DNA of 64,000 bases from the NCBI GenBank assembly GCA_965243395.1, contig CBDEUS010000002.1, positions 352,001-416,000 on the forward strand, in the 5' to 3' direction. The position numbers and the translations under genes were made by a program. This DNA is from Gammaproteobacteria bacterium. GTDB taxonomy: Bacteria; Pseudomonadota; Gammaproteobacteria; UBA4575. Under the pieces are notes generated by a model. It was given only the letters and a program-made list of their open reading frames with translations, searched no databases and was not told the DNA's origin. Below, in pieces: positions 1 through 10,039 of the stretch. How positions within the stretch are numbered: position 1 is the stretch's first letter; every line of letters begins with the position of its first letter.

Positions 1-674
1 CGAATATGTTCCAATACGTTATGTACATTGAGCAGTTTTTTTACTGGCGTGATATTTGGTCCAAACATACGATCAACTAATTTTCTCAAGCGATCGGCTT
101 CATTAATTATGACATCGGTGTATTCGGTCAAATTTCCATCGTTTAGTTCACCTGCTAATAATTGTGCGGCGCCACGTAATCCACCCAAGGGATTTTTAAT
201 TTCATGCGCCAAACCTCGCAACATATTTTGTGTAGCTTGAGTTTCCGACAATAAGTGTTCTTCACGACTAATGCGTACCATACGATCCACTTGAGTCACT
301 TCTAACATGCAAATATTTTGTTCATCTTTTGCAAGCATAGGCGTGATGACACAATCTATGGTGAGCACACTATTATTAAAACGTTTTATTTCAACTTCGC
401 GTTGCGTCATTGGATGGCTGGTTTGCACGCAAGTTTTAATATTATTAATCAGCTGACCTTCAGCATCGTGAATAAAATCTGTTATGGATTTGTCTAGCGC
501 ATGGCGTATACCCGTACCCACGACTTCTTCTGCGGCTGGATTTAAATACTTCACATGCAGGTTTTCATCGACCAAAAACACTGCCATGGCTAGATTATCT
601 AAAATCCGTTTATGTTCAGAAGCGTGCATAAGCGCAGGTATGTCCCCGAAAATATTCGTAAGTGTGTTCGTCAT
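1..674 (-). CDS. glnL: Nitrogen regulation sensor kinase NtrB/GlnL (C-terminus runs off the window)
   Basis: Manual translation of the minus strand from ATG at 674: PAS-like N-terminus, then H-box 'RGLAHEIKNPLGGLRGAAQLL'. RBS AGGA upstream; lies downstream of glnA. Confidence 0.93.
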   Translation of the reverse strand, partial: MTNTLTNIFGDIPALMHASEHKRILDNLAMAVFLVDENLHVKYLNPAAEEVVGTGIRHALDKSITDFIHDAEGQLINNIKTCVQTSHPMTQREVEIKRFNNSVLTIDCVITPMLAKDEQNICMLEVTQVDRMVRISREEHLLSETQATQNMLRGLAHEIKNPLGGLRGAAQLLAGELNDGNLTEYTDVIINEADRLRKLVDRMFGPNITPVKKLLNVHNVLEHI

Positions 675-695
675 AATCAATCCTTACTATTGGTT

Positions 696-711
696 TGCAA
701 TAATTGATCCA
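696..711 (-). promoter_or_regulatory. sigma54 -24/-12 promoter for glnL
   Basis: Minus strand TGGATCAATTATTGCA has GG-N10-GC spacing, 22 nt upstream of the ATG. Confidence 0.7.
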
Positions 712-738
712 ATAGCTTAGGTAGTTATTGATATGTAA

Positions 739-751
739 AATCAATGACTTA
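739..751. promoter_or_regulatory. IHF site
   Basis: AATCAATGACTTA matches WATCAANNNNTTR and lies between the NtrC boxes and the sigma54 promoter. Confidence 0.55.
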
Positions 752-772
752 ACAGATATGTGCAATTTTACA

Positions 773-831
773 TGCACTATTATAGTGCATTTCGATAAAA
801 ATTATTGTGCAGCATGCACTATTCTAGGGCT
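773..831. promoter_or_regulatory. Two NtrC-binding sites
   Basis: TGCACTATTATAGTGCA (773-789) is a perfect TGCAC-N7-GTGCA; TGCACTATTCTAGGGCT (815-831) is a weaker copy. Confidence 0.8.
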
Positions 832-878
832 TTTCTATCTATTTTGCCCTAAAACTAATCAAAGAATTTAAGATTTTG

Positions 879-1574
879 TTAGTTAGAGGGGTTACTAGGA
901 GGCGGGGGCGGCCGAGTAGGTAATTGAGTGTTATTGCCTGGAAATGTAAAACCATTTTGATTGATACCAGAATTATCTCCACCACCATCACTTCCTTCTC
1001 CGCCACCACCATCAGATGGATTATTTTGTGAAGGTGTATTGCCTTGCAGTGCGGAATAACGCTGTAACGTAAACTTCACCGGTGCTGCACTAATCTGGGT
1101 ACTGCCATCCGCCGCAACCACTTTTACACCAATGGTATGCGTACCGCGATCAACATTTTTTAAAGCGGTTATGGTACTTGTTCCGCTGTATACCTGGTTA
1201 CCGTCAAGCGTAACGACAAATTCATGCCCGTTTCTGGTTTTTAAATTTGGAGAAACCTGAAAATTAATCGTTACATTACCCTGGTTATCGCGAACACTAG
1301 AATCATTAGCAGGTGAGGTAATAGTTAGTGCGGTATAACTATTTTTTTCTTCAATTTCGTTATTGTTTGTACTATTTCGTGGGTTCGTTGCTAGCGGTTT
1401 AGTAGGGATAAGTGTTGGCAATGTATCCACTTTAACTTCTTCGGCATTGTTACAACCATCAGGCGAATCAGTGTAGATTGTGTTTCCATCTGCATCTTTA
1501 CAAGTATAAATATCTGCATACGCACTACTCATGCTTATGGCAATAAAAATACTCGTGATTAAAAAGTATCGCAT
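879..1574 (-). CDS. DUF4124-type exported protein with Ig-like domain and Gly/Pro-rich tail
   Basis: Signal peptide followed by 'ADIYTCKDADGNTIYTDSP' (DUF4124-like); position between glnA and glnL. Confidence 0.75.
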   Translation of the reverse strand: MRYFLITSIFIAISMSSAYADIYTCKDADGNTIYTDSPDGCNNAEEVKVDTLPTLIPTKPLATNPRNSTNNNEIEEKNSYTALTITSPANDSSVRDNQGNVTINFQVSPNLKTRNGHEFVVTLDGNQVYSGTSTITALKNVDRGTHTIGVKVVAADGSTQISAAPVKFTLQRYSALQGNTPSQNNPSDGGGGEGSDGGGDNSGINQNGFTFPGNNTQLPTRPPPPPSNPSN

Positions 1575-1664
1575 CTTGATTTACCCACTTCCTTCCAATA
1601 ACGAAAGTACGCTAATAATACTCTCAGATTATAAATAAGACTCCGGGAATGCGTCTCAAGTTGC

Positions 1665-1708
1665 AAAAAAAACGCCCCGGAGGCTGTAACTAGCCTCGGG
1701 GCGTTTTT
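1665..1708 (-). terminator. Intrinsic terminator after glnA (possibly bidirectional)
   Basis: AAAAAAAACGCCCCGGAGGCT-GTAACT-AGCCTCGGGGCGTTTTT hairpin with A/T tracts. Confidence 0.85.
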
Positions 1709-1732
1709 ACCTAGTTAGCTATAAACAGTAAC

Positions 1733-3142
1733 TTAACAGCTGTAATACAATTCGAATTCAATTGGGTGAGTTGCCTGACGGAAGGAAGTCACTTCATCCA
1801 TCTTCAATTCGATATAACCATCAATACAATCATCAGAGAAAACCCCGCCAGCTTTCAAGAAGTCGCGGTCGTTGTCCAATGCTTCTAATGCCTGATCTAA
1901 CGAAGAGCAAACAGTAGGAATATTGGCTTCTTCTTCCGGTGGCAAATCATAGAGGTCTTTATCATTTGAAGAGCCCGGATCGATTTGATTTTGAATGCCA
2001 TCAAGACCCGCCATCATCATCGCTGCAAAGGTTAAGTATGGGTTACCTGATGGATCTCCAAAACGTACTTCAATGCGTCGTGCTTTTGGATTTGCTTCAT
2101 ATGGAATACGTATCGAAGCAGAACGGTTGCGAGCAGAGTAAGCTAGCATTACAGGTGCTTCAAACCCTGGTACTAAACGTTTGTAGCTATTTGTACTCGC
2201 ATTTGAGAAAGCATTAATTGCACGTGCATGTTTAATGATTCCACCAATGTAGTACAACGCTGTCTGAGAAAGATTTCCGTATAAATCGCCTTGGAATAAA
2301 TTATTACCATCTTTAAATAATGATTGATGCACATGCATGCCACTACCGTTATCACCAACAATAGGCTTGGGCATGAAAGTGGCTGTTTTTCCATAATTAT
2401 GTGCAACGTTATGTACAACATATTTTAAAATTTGATTCCAATCAGCGCGCTTGGTGAGTGTGTCGAACTTTGTGCCGATCTCGCACTGTCCTGCAGTACC
2501 GACCTCGTGGTGATGCACTTCAACCGTAACACCCATTTCTTCCAGCACTTGGCACATAGCCGAGCGTAAATCTTGTAAGGAATCCACTGGAGGTACTGGG
2601 AAATAACCGCCTTTAACTCCAGGGCGGTGGCCAATGTTGCCATCTTCGAAATGTTTTTGTGAGTTCCAAGCAGACTCATCTGAGTCCGTTTTGTAAAATG
2701 CGCCTGACATGTCATTGCTCCATTTCACATCATCAAACACAAAAAACTCAGGCTCTGGTCCAAAGTAGGCCGTATCAGCTACGCCAGTAGAAGTAAGATA
2801 AGCCTCCGCTCGTTTAGCAACAGAGCGTGGGTCTCTTCCATAACCTTCCATAGTAGAGGGCTCTAAAATATCGCAACGTAGAATTAGGGTTGAGTCGGCA
2901 AAGAAAGGGTCTATTACTGCACTCTCAGCATCAGGCATTAATATCATGTCTGATTCATTAATTCCTTTCCAACCGGCTATAGAAGAGCCGTCAAACATTT
3001 TACCTTTTTCGAAAATATCTTCTTCAACTACTGAAGCTGGCACAGATACATGCTGCTCTTTTCCTCTTGTATCAGTAAATCGAAAGTCAACGAATCTCAC
3101 ATCGTTTTCACTCATCATTTTCATTACATCACTTGCAGACAT
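1733..3142 (-). CDS. glnA: Glutamine synthetase type I
   Basis: 469 aa with [26 protein letters not shown] and adenylylation motif DLYDLPPEE. Confidence 0.99.
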   Translation of the reverse strand: MSASDVMKMMSENDVRFVDFRFTDTRGKEQHVSVPASVVEEDIFEKGKMFDGSSIAGWKGINESDMILMPDAESAVIDPFFADSTLILRCDILEPSTMEGYGRDPRSVAKRAEAYLTSTGVADTAYFGPEPEFFVFDDVKWSNDMSGAFYKTDSDESAWNSQKHFEDGNIGHRPGVKGGYFPVPPVDSLQDLRSAMCQVLEEMGVTVEVHHHEVGTAGQCEIGTKFDTLTKRADWNQILKYVVHNVAHNYGKTATFMPKPIVGDNGSGMHVHQSLFKDGNNLFQGDLYGNLSQTALYYIGGIIKHARAINAFSNASTNSYKRLVPGFEAPVMLAYSARNRSASIRIPYEANPKARRIEVRFGDPSGNPYLTFAAMMMAGLDGIQNQIDPGSSNDKDLYDLPPEEEANIPTVCSSLDQALEALDNDRDFLKAGGVFSDDCIDGYIELKMDEVTSFRQATHPIEFELYYSC

Positions 3143-3250
3143 TGGACTTCTCCTTAGCTTCGACTCTTACGTTTTTAATGTGTAATTCTTACGGTGTTAT
3201 TCTTATGGTTGCGACTAGTTGCTAGTCACATTCATATCTAGATCTACTAA

Positions 3251-3266
3251 AGCACAATTTGTGCCA
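3251..3266 (-). promoter_or_regulatory. sigma54 promoter of glnA
   Basis: Minus strand TGGCACAAATTGTGCT (GG-N10-GC). Confidence 0.8.
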
Positions 3267-3352
3267 TTGCACTCAATTGAGGCCAGTAGCTATGCAATTG
3301 CGGCATTATACGCAGCTTTTTTAAAAGATGTGAGGCGAGCAAAGCTTTTTTA

Positions 3353-3390
3353 TGCACTAATACAGTGCTTTAGAGCACCAAGATGGTGCT
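3353..3390. promoter_or_regulatory. Tandem NtrC enhancer sites of glnA
   Basis: TGCACTAATACAGTGCT (3353-3369) and AGCACCAAGATGGTGCT (3374-3390), about 100 bp upstream of the sigma54 promoter. Confidence 0.8.
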
Positions 3391-3674
3391 CAAATTATAT
3401 TAATGATTATTGTGGAAAGGGCTGAACAAAAATTTATCTAGCTTTAGCAAATTTCACAGACCCATCTAATTTCATTAGTAACACCATGGTTTAACCGCTA
3501 TTAAGACAATCTGCTATACACATCTCATTCTGCCGAGATTTGTCACCAACAGTCCAAAATTGCAGACAAATTTTGTCCAATCGCCCATTTTGAAGTATTC
3601 GTAAATCCATCTTTTTTTATGTAACTGACATGCCATCAATGAGTTATTGCATACGCTTTATGTGATGAGCGATC

Positions 3675-3690
3675 TGGCACAACGCTTGCT
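3675..3690 (+). promoter_or_regulatory. sigma54 promoter for the GGA-rich RNA
   Basis: TGGCACAACGCTTGCT is near consensus. IHF-like CATCAATGAGTTA lies at 3634-3646. Confidence 0.8.
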
Positions 3691-3751
3691 CTATTGATAT
3701 TAGAAAATTTGAATGGCTCAAGGTGAGCTGAGTAAAGATGGCATGGAGGTC

Positions 3752-3883
3752 ATGATGGACGTATCAACTGATGTATTAACAACTGTGTATGTCGTGTGGA
3801 TCGTCGCAAGTTTGGCAGCGTTAGCTTGGGCATACCGAGACACTGTTAAAGAAAAATTGTGTGGCGATAAGCGACACAATTAA
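3752..3883 (+). CDS. 43-aa single-TM small protein MMDVSTDVLTTVYVVWIVASLAALAWAYRDTVKEKLCGDKRHN
   Basis: Strong SD GGAGG just upstream; hydrophobic helix followed by a charged tail. Below the ORF-track cutoff. Confidence 0.55.
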   Translation: MMDVSTDVLTTVYVVWIVASLAALAWAYRDTVKEKLCGDKRHN

Positions 3884-4159
3884 AAGCGGGACGGATTCAT
3901 TTTTTAAGCAAGGATGCTTTTACACATACGGAAATGTGTGCAATGAACTGTAGAGTGGTGCGAGGCGGATAACAATTCGCACAGTAAGGAACACTTAAGA
4001 CAAGGACTGTCGCCTCTACAATTTAAATATATGTTGTCACTCAGGATGAGTACAACAAGCAAGGACGCAAAACTAGATAGCTCATCAGGAGAGTTTTATC
4101 TAAACCGACTTAGGGAAGAGGGCTGCGTGACATGGATGTCTTTTTCGCAGCACCAATAT

Positions 4160-4190
4160 AAAGGCAAGCTAACTAGCTTGCCTTTTTTAT
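4160..4190 (+). terminator. Intrinsic terminator
   Basis: AAAGGCAAGCTA-AC-TAGCTTGCCTTTTTT. Confidence 0.85.
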
Positions 4191-4281
4191 TGCGCAATAA
4201 TTTACCAGGAAATACTGGTCATTTGCTGGTAGCCAAAGCGGTGCCTCGTTATACTCATGCGGCAACCGTTCCAGCAGTATC

Positions 4282-5193
4282 ATGTCAGACACCCAAACTA
4301 ATAAACGTCTAATTACCTTTCAACAACTCATTCACAAACTAGAGCAGTTTTGGGCTGCGCAAGGCTGTGTGATCGAGCAGCCTTATGACTTAGAAATGGG
4401 GGCCGCAACTTTTCATCCCAGTACTTTTTTGCGTGCCATCGGTCCTGAAACGTGGAAATCGGCCTATCCACAGGCATGTCGTCGCCCAACAGATGGACGA
4501 TATGGCGATAACCCTAATCGTTTACAACGTTATTTTCAGTTTCAAGTTGTATTGAAACCCTCGCCCGACAATATTCAAGACTTATATATAGAGTCACTCA
4601 CTTCACTCGATATTGATCCATTGATTCATGATATTCGATTTGTAGAAGATAATTGGGAATCGCCAACTCTTGGTGCTTGGGGTTTAGGCTGGGAAGTCTG
4701 GTTAGATGGAATGGAAATTTCACAGTTTACTTATTTTCAGCAAATAGGCGGCTTAGATTGCAAGCCGGTTACCGGCGAAATTACCTATGGTTTAGAACGT
4801 ATCGCAATGTATTTGCAAAATGTCGATAGTGTGTACGATTTAGTTTGGACACAACATGGGAGTCAAAAAACTTATTATCGTGATGTATATCATCAAAATG
4901 AAGTTGAGCAATCTGCCTATAATTTTGAATATGCAGACACGGATACTTTATTTAAATCATTCAATGCAAGTGAAAAAGAGTGTCAAAAGCTAATAGACCA
5001 CGAAATTCCAGTAGCTGCGTATGACCATGTGCTTAAGTGTTCACATACGTTTAATTTACTCGATGCACGACAGGTTATTTCGGTAACCGAGCGTCAACAA
5101 TATATTTTACGCATTCGCAAACTCGCACAAAGTGTTTCCAATAGCTATTTTGAAAGCCGTGAAAAATTAGGCTTTCCTCTATTCAGCGATTAA
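4282..5193 (+). CDS. glyQ: Glycine--tRNA ligase alpha subunit
   Basis: [41 protein letters not shown]. Confidence 0.98.
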   Translation: MSDTQTNKRLITFQQLIHKLEQFWAAQGCVIEQPYDLEMGAATFHPSTFLRAIGPETWKSAYPQACRRPTDGRYGDNPNRLQRYFQFQVVLKPSPDNIQDLYIESLTSLDIDPLIHDIRFVEDNWESPTLGAWGLGWEVWLDGMEISQFTYFQQIGGLDCKPVTGEITYGLERIAMYLQNVDSVYDLVWTQHGSQKTYYRDVYHQNEVEQSAYNFEYADTDTLFKSFNASEKECQKLIDHEIPVAAYDHVLKCSHTFNLLDARQVISVTERQQYILRIRKLAQSVSNSYFESREKLGFPLFSD

Positions 5194-5208
5194 AGCTATT
5201 TAAAGCAC

Positions 5209-7284
5209 ATGAGTACAAAAGAAGATTTATTGATTGAGATTGGTACAGAGGATTTACCTGCGCGTCTTCAATTAGGCCTATGCGATGAGTTTGGTCAATT
5301 AATCTGTAATCAATTGCAAACTGTAGACTTGTCATTCGAACAGCATGAATTGTTTTGCACCCCGCGTCGCTTGGCAATCATCGTAAACAAGCTAGACACC
5401 AAACAAAAAGATCAAGAAATCGAACGCAAAGGCCCAAAGGCACAAGCTGCTTTTGATAAAGAAGGCAAACCTACTCAAGCGGCTATAGGTTTTGCGCGTT
5501 CTTGTGGAATAGAAGCTGATCAACTTAAACTGGATAATGATCCAAACAATCCAAGATTGTTTTATCGTGAAAATCGCATTGGTAAAAGTATCCAGGAATT
5601 ATTACCAGCGATAATTGAGTCTTCGATTAAAAAACTTAATGTTCCAAAAAGAATGCGTTGGAATGAATCCGAGGCTGAGTTTATTCGCCCGATTCGTTGG
5701 TTGTTGGTTATATTAGGTTCTGAAACGGTCAACTCGAATGTGTTCGGTATTCAAGCCAGTAACACAACACGTGGACATCGTTTTCACCATGCACAGGAAA
5801 TTGTGATTAAACACCCTTCTGAGTATAAAGAATTATTGAGTAGCAAAGGCCATGTTTTAGCAAGTATTGAAGAAAGGCAAAATAATATTATTAAACAAGT
5901 GAACAAGCTTGCAGATCAAGTAAAGGGCAAACCTTATTACACCCAAGAGTTACTCGATGAAATTACAGGATTAGTAGAATGGCCTTGCGCGATGTTAGGT
6001 GAATTTGATAGCAAATTTTTAGAAGTACATAAGGAATTGCTTATCAGCACTATGCAAGACAATCAAAAATATATTCCGTTGCTTAGTCAAGAAAGCAAAC
6101 TGCTTTCTAAATTCATTATTGTCAGTAATATTGACAGCCAGAAACCAGAGACCATCAAGCACGGTAACGAAAAAGTAATCGTGCCCAGGTTTGAAGATGC
6201 TATGTTTTTCTGGCAACGAGACAAAGCAGTCCCGTTAGAGAATCACTTAACAAAATTAGAAAGCGTTGTTTATGAAAAACAGCTTGGCACACTTAAAGAA
6301 AAAACGAATCGCATTGCAAAACTCGCTGCTTACTTATCTAAATTTACTAATGCGGATAATAAACAGAGTCAACGTGCAGCAACTTTAAGTAAATGTGATT
6401 TACTAACTGAGACGGTTGGTGAGTTTCCTAAATTGCAGGGTGTAATTGGTCGCAACCTGGCCATGTTGAACAATGAGGGCTCACAAGTGAGTGCTGCGCT
6501 TGAAGAGCAATATTTTCCTAAGCAGGCTGGTGGTGAGCTGCCCAAATCTGCAGTGGGGATCACCTTAGCGTTGGCAGATCGAATCGATACCTTAATCGGA
6601 ATATTTGCTATTGGTAAAAAGCCCACTGGTTTAAAGGATCCTTATGGTTTACGGCGTGCATCATTAGCACTACTACGCATTATTATTGAGACTCCGCTAA
6701 ATATAAATTTACGCGAGAGTTTAGAAACTGCTGCAGCGCTTTTCCCAGATAACTTACAAGCTGATAAAACCGTGGATGAAGTTAGTGAATATATTAATGA
6801 GCGCTATCGTGCCTATTTTTCAGATCGTGGTATACCTGTAGATGTCATCGATTCTGTATTAGCTAATAAACCAACTCATCCAAGTGATGTAGCTGCAAAA
6901 GTGAATGCACTGGTTAACTTCCGCAAACTTCCAAATGCACAAGCGCTGGCTGTTGCGAACAAGCGTATTCGTAATATTTTAAAGAAAATTGATCACAGTA
7001 ATATCAACCAAGTTGACGCATCACTATTTAAAGAGGAAGCTGAAAATAGCTTGCATACAGCAATTGAAAAAATGTCCAGCGATGTTGAAGGCTTATTCGC
7101 TAAACATGAATATGAACAAGCATTAAATAAATTAGCCGATTTGCGTCAACCAGTGGATCATTTTTTCGATGATGTAATGGTAATGGACAAAGATGAAGCA
7201 CTCAAAACAAATCGAATTGCTTTGCTTGCCAAGATCGATTCACTGTTTATGCAAGTAGCAGACTTTTCCAGACTGCAGTCCTGA
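5209..7284 (+). CDS. glyS: Glycine--tRNA ligase beta subunit
   Basis: LLIEIGTEDLP, TPRRLA, KDPYGLRR, C-terminal DALR-like domain; follows glyQ. Confidence 0.97.
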   Translation: MSTKEDLLIEIGTEDLPARLQLGLCDEFGQLICNQLQTVDLSFEQHELFCTPRRLAIIVNKLDTKQKDQEIERKGPKAQAAFDKEGKPTQAAIGFARSCGIEADQLKLDNDPNNPRLFYRENRIGKSIQELLPAIIESSIKKLNVPKRMRWNESEAEFIRPIRWLLVILGSETVNSNVFGIQASNTTRGHRFHHAQEIVIKHPSEYKELLSSKGHVLASIEERQNNIIKQVNKLADQVKGKPYYTQELLDEITGLVEWPCAMLGEFDSKFLEVHKELLISTMQDNQKYIPLLSQESKLLSKFIIVSNIDSQKPETIKHGNEKVIVPRFEDAMFFWQRDKAVPLENHLTKLESVVYEKQLGTLKEKTNRIAKLAAYLSKFTNADNKQSQRAATLSKCDLLTETVGEFPKLQGVIGRNLAMLNNEGSQVSAALEEQYFPKQAGGELPKSAVGITLALADRIDTLIGIFAIGKKPTGLKDPYGLRRASLALLRIIIETPLNINLRESLETAAALFPDNLQADKTVDEVSEYINERYRAYFSDRGIPVDVIDSVLANKPTHPSDVAAKVNALVNFRKLPNAQALAVANKRIRNILKKIDHSNINQVDASLFKEEAENSLHTAIEKMSSDVEGLFAKHEYEQALNKLADLRQPVDHFFDDVMVMDKDEALKTNRIALLAKIDSLFMQVADFSRLQS

Positions 7285-7296
7285 GGTTTAAAAGTT

Positions 7297-7833
7297 ATGA
7301 CTGAAATAAAAGCGGTAGTTTTAGATCGAGACGGTGTCATTAATGAAGAGTCAGATGAATTCATTAAGTCACCAGAGGAGTGGATTGCAATTGATGGCAG
7401 TCTTAAGGCCATTGCAAAATTAAATCATGCAAAAGTAAAAGTGTTTGTAGCATCGAATCAATCTGGAATTGCACGGGAATTATTTGATTACAGCATGCTA
7501 AATCAAATACATCAGAAAATGCTTGCTGAACTTGCACAACATGGTGGACATTTAGATGGCATATTTATTTGTCCGGATCTGGAAGGTGAATGTCGCAAAC
7601 CAAAAACAGGCATGTTAGTAGAAATTGAAAAACGCGCGCATATATCACTACAAAAAGCACCTTTCATTGGAGATTCGCTCCGTGATGTGCAAGCGGCGAT
7701 CACGCATGGATCACAACCCATTTTAGTGCGCACTGGCAATGGTTCTGTCACTGCTCAAAGCGAACAACTACCACGCAATATTCCTATTTACGATGATCTC
7801 TCTGATGCTGTAGATACACTACTCGCTGAGTAA
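7297..7833 (+). CDS. gmhB: D,D-heptose 1,7-bisphosphate phosphatase
   Basis: HAD motifs LDRDGVIN, SNQSGIAR, CRKPKTGM; usual glyS-gmhB-plsC order. Confidence 0.9.
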   Translation: MTEIKAVVLDRDGVINEESDEFIKSPEEWIAIDGSLKAIAKLNHAKVKVFVASNQSGIARELFDYSMLNQIHQKMLAELAQHGGHLDGIFICPDLEGECRKPKTGMLVEIEKRAHISLQKAPFIGDSLRDVQAAITHGSQPILVRTGNGSVTAQSEQLPRNIPIYDDLSDAVDTLLAE

Positions 7834-7847
7834 AACTTAGTTTTTCA

Positions 7848-8561
7848 ATGCTGCAAACTTTTAGGTCTCTGCTATTTTTGTTGGGTATGGCAATACTCAC
7901 TTTAATATTTGGCGTTCTATGTTTATTTACAGTTTTCATTCCATACAAACTTCGATATCGTTTTATTACCTATTGGAGTGCTTACAATCTTTGGTGGTTA
8001 CGAGTCACATGCGGGTTACACTACACCATCACGGGTGAAGAAAATATTCCTGATTACCCATGTATCGTAATGTCTAATCATCAATCCACGTGGGAAACTC
8101 TGGTACTTGGAATTATTTTTCCACCTTTAACATGGGTAGTTAAAAGAGAATTATTCTTTGTTCCTATATTTGGTTGGGGTCTGGCATTAACACATCCTAT
8201 TGCTCTAAATAGAAATGCGGGCCGCAAAGCAGTAGATCAACTTGTTGAGCAAGGTATAAAAAAAATCAACAACGGACATTGGATATTAATCTTTCCTGAA
8301 GGAACGCGTACACCGCCCAACACGAAGCGTAAATTTAAAATTGGTGGGGCACTATTAGCTGAAAAGAGCGGTGCACCTATTATTCCCGTAGCACACAATT
8401 CGGGAAATTTCTGGGCACGCAAACAGTTCACTAAAAAACCTGGCACTATTCAAATGATGATAGGTGAACCCATAAAAACACAGGGAAAATCTGCTGAGCA
8501 AATCAATCAGCAAGTATATGACTGGATTTGTGCCCAACGAGAAACCATTGAGAACAAGTAA
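7848..8561 (+). CDS. plsC: 1-acyl-sn-glycerol-3-phosphate acyltransferase
   Basis: NHQSTWE and FPEGTR motifs. Confidence 0.9.
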   Translation: MLQTFRSLLFLLGMAILTLIFGVLCLFTVFIPYKLRYRFITYWSAYNLWWLRVTCGLHYTITGEENIPDYPCIVMSNHQSTWETLVLGIIFPPLTWVVKRELFFVPIFGWGLALTHPIALNRNAGRKAVDQLVEQGIKKINNGHWILIFPEGTRTPPNTKRKFKIGGALLAEKSGAPIIPVAHNSGNFWARKQFTKKPGTIQMMIGEPIKTQGKSAEQINQQVYDWICAQRETIENK

Positions 8562-8593
8562 CTATGATAATTTTTAGTTTGCCAAGTATGTTC

Positions 8594-8995
8594 TTATAAC
8601 TTATCTGTATAAACTGAAAAGTATTCTCTCGTAGCTTTAATTGAAAGAAATAAAACTGCTAACACTGCGATAAATATATAAAGCAAACAAAAATATTCAA
8701 TCGTTCCAATATTTTTAATTTGAGTATTTGGATTGTATTGATAGAGAAAAAGCCACATCAAGCAACCAATGCTTGAAACCACTAAAACAAGATATGCGCC
8801 TATACGTGCAACCGCATGTCTTTTAATCAACCCAAGGGCAATTAAAACGATGATTGCGCCAATAAAAATAGAAGTGAACCCACTTAGTGAATAAATGGCT
8901 ATGTAGCCATAAAAAATACTCGCCAAACCTGTCAAGGCACATAGTATTGCAGTGAACCACACACCTATACGAATAAAAGATTCACTCATGGGCAC
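8594..8995 (-). CDS. Hypothetical 4-TM membrane protein
   Basis: Four hydrophobic segments; overlaps the tas stop. Confidence 0.65.
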   Translation of the reverse strand: MPMSESFIRIGVWFTAILCALTGLASIFYGYIAIYSLSGFTSIFIGAIIVLIALGLIKRHAVARIGAYLVLVVSSIGCLMWLFLYQYNPNTQIKNIGTIEYFCLLYIFIAVLAVLFLSIKATREYFSVYTDKL

Positions 8996-10026
8996 GGATT
9001 GGGTTGTTGTTGATGGATTTGTTCAATTTTGTTAAGCACATTTTCATTAAGTTCTATGTTGATACTTTGAATATTTTCTTTTAATTGTTGCATAGTGGTA
9101 GCACCAATAATATTTGACGTAACAAAAGGACGCGTATTTACAAATGCTAATGCCATTTGACTGGGTGAGTAATCATATTCTTGAGCAAGGTTTACATATG
9201 CTTCAGTTGCGCACTTACCTTCTGAATTTGTATAACGCGTGAAACGTTCAAACAAAGTAATTCGTGCGTTTGCTGGACTTGCATTAATATATTTACCACT
9301 TAGAACGCCAAATCCTAAAGGTGAATAAGCGAGTAAACCCATAGATTCTCGATGGGATACTTCAGCTAATCCAATTTCATAACTTCGGTTCAATAAATTA
9401 TATGGATTTTGGATGCTCACTATTTCTGGCCAGGTATTTTTTTGGGCAAACAACTGATATTGCATTGCACCCCAAGGGGTTTCATTACTAATTCCCAAAT
9501 AACGCACTTTTCCTTGCTCCACTGCATTGACTAAACATGCATACGCATCCTCCATTTCTGTCAAGGTTGCAGAATTTTCCGATTCATTATGCTGATACCC
9601 TAAAGACCCAAAATAATTGGTATTTCTAGCCGGCCAATGAATTTGATATAAATCTATGTAGTCTGTTTGTAGGCGCTTGAGGCTTTCGTGTAAGGCAGCA
9701 TTGATTTGTGTGGGAATTAATTTTGCACCGCCACGTAAATAAGTCATCATGCCGGGCCCCGCAACCTTAGTCGCTAAAATGATTTCGTCACGTTTACCTG
9801 TTTTTTTCAGCCAACTGCCAATGTATTGTTCGGTTTTACCCTGAGTTTCCTGTTTTGGAGGTACAGGATACATTTCTGCAGTGTCAATAAAATTCACTCC
9901 TTGTGAAATCGCATAATCCATTTGTTCATGCGCCTCAGCTTCGGTGTTTTGTTCCCCATAGGTCATGGTTCCAAGACAAATCTTGCTGACACGTAGTCCC
10001 GTATTACCTAATTCACTAAATTGCAT
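8986..10026 (-). CDS. tas: NADP(H)-dependent aldo-keto reductase (Tas-like)
   Basis: LGTMTYGEQN, DTAEMYPVP, DLYQIHWP, AYSPLGFG. Start likely at MQFSELG (10026); the ORF extends to 10047. Confidence 0.88.
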   Translation of the reverse strand: MQFSELGNTGLRVSKICLGTMTYGEQNTEAEAHEQMDYAISQGVNFIDTAEMYPVPPKQETQGKTEQYIGSWLKKTGKRDEIILATKVAGPGMMTYLRGGAKLIPTQINAALHESLKRLQTDYIDLYQIHWPARNTNYFGSLGYQHNESENSATLTEMEDAYACLVNAVEQGKVRYLGISNETPWGAMQYQLFAQKNTWPEIVSIQNPYNLLNRSYEIGLAEVSHRESMGLLAYSPLGFGVLSGKYINASPANARITLFERFTRYTNSEGKCATEAYVNLAQEYDYSPSQMALAFVNTRPFVTSNIIGATTMQQLKENIQSINIELNENVLNKIEQIHQQQPNPCP

Positions 10027-10039
10027 TTCGAAATATTTA

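Larger units (their letters stand above)
3701..4190 (+). ncRNA. CsrB/RsmZ-type CsrA-sequestering RNA candidate
   Basis: About 15 GGA motifs, most in short hairpin loops (GCAAGGATGC, CACATACGGAAATGTGTG, GACAAGGACTGTC, ACTCAGGATGAGT, GACATGGATGTC), ending in an intrinsic terminator. Confidence 0.75.

Noticed and set aside
3965-3977. GCGGATAACAATT matches half of the lac operator
   Set aside because: Only 13 nt, inside a native GGA hairpin, with no vector context; treated as coincidence.
4031-4312. 93-aa ORF upstream of glyQ
   Set aside because: Runs through GGA hairpins and a strong terminator; the region is better explained as ncRNA.
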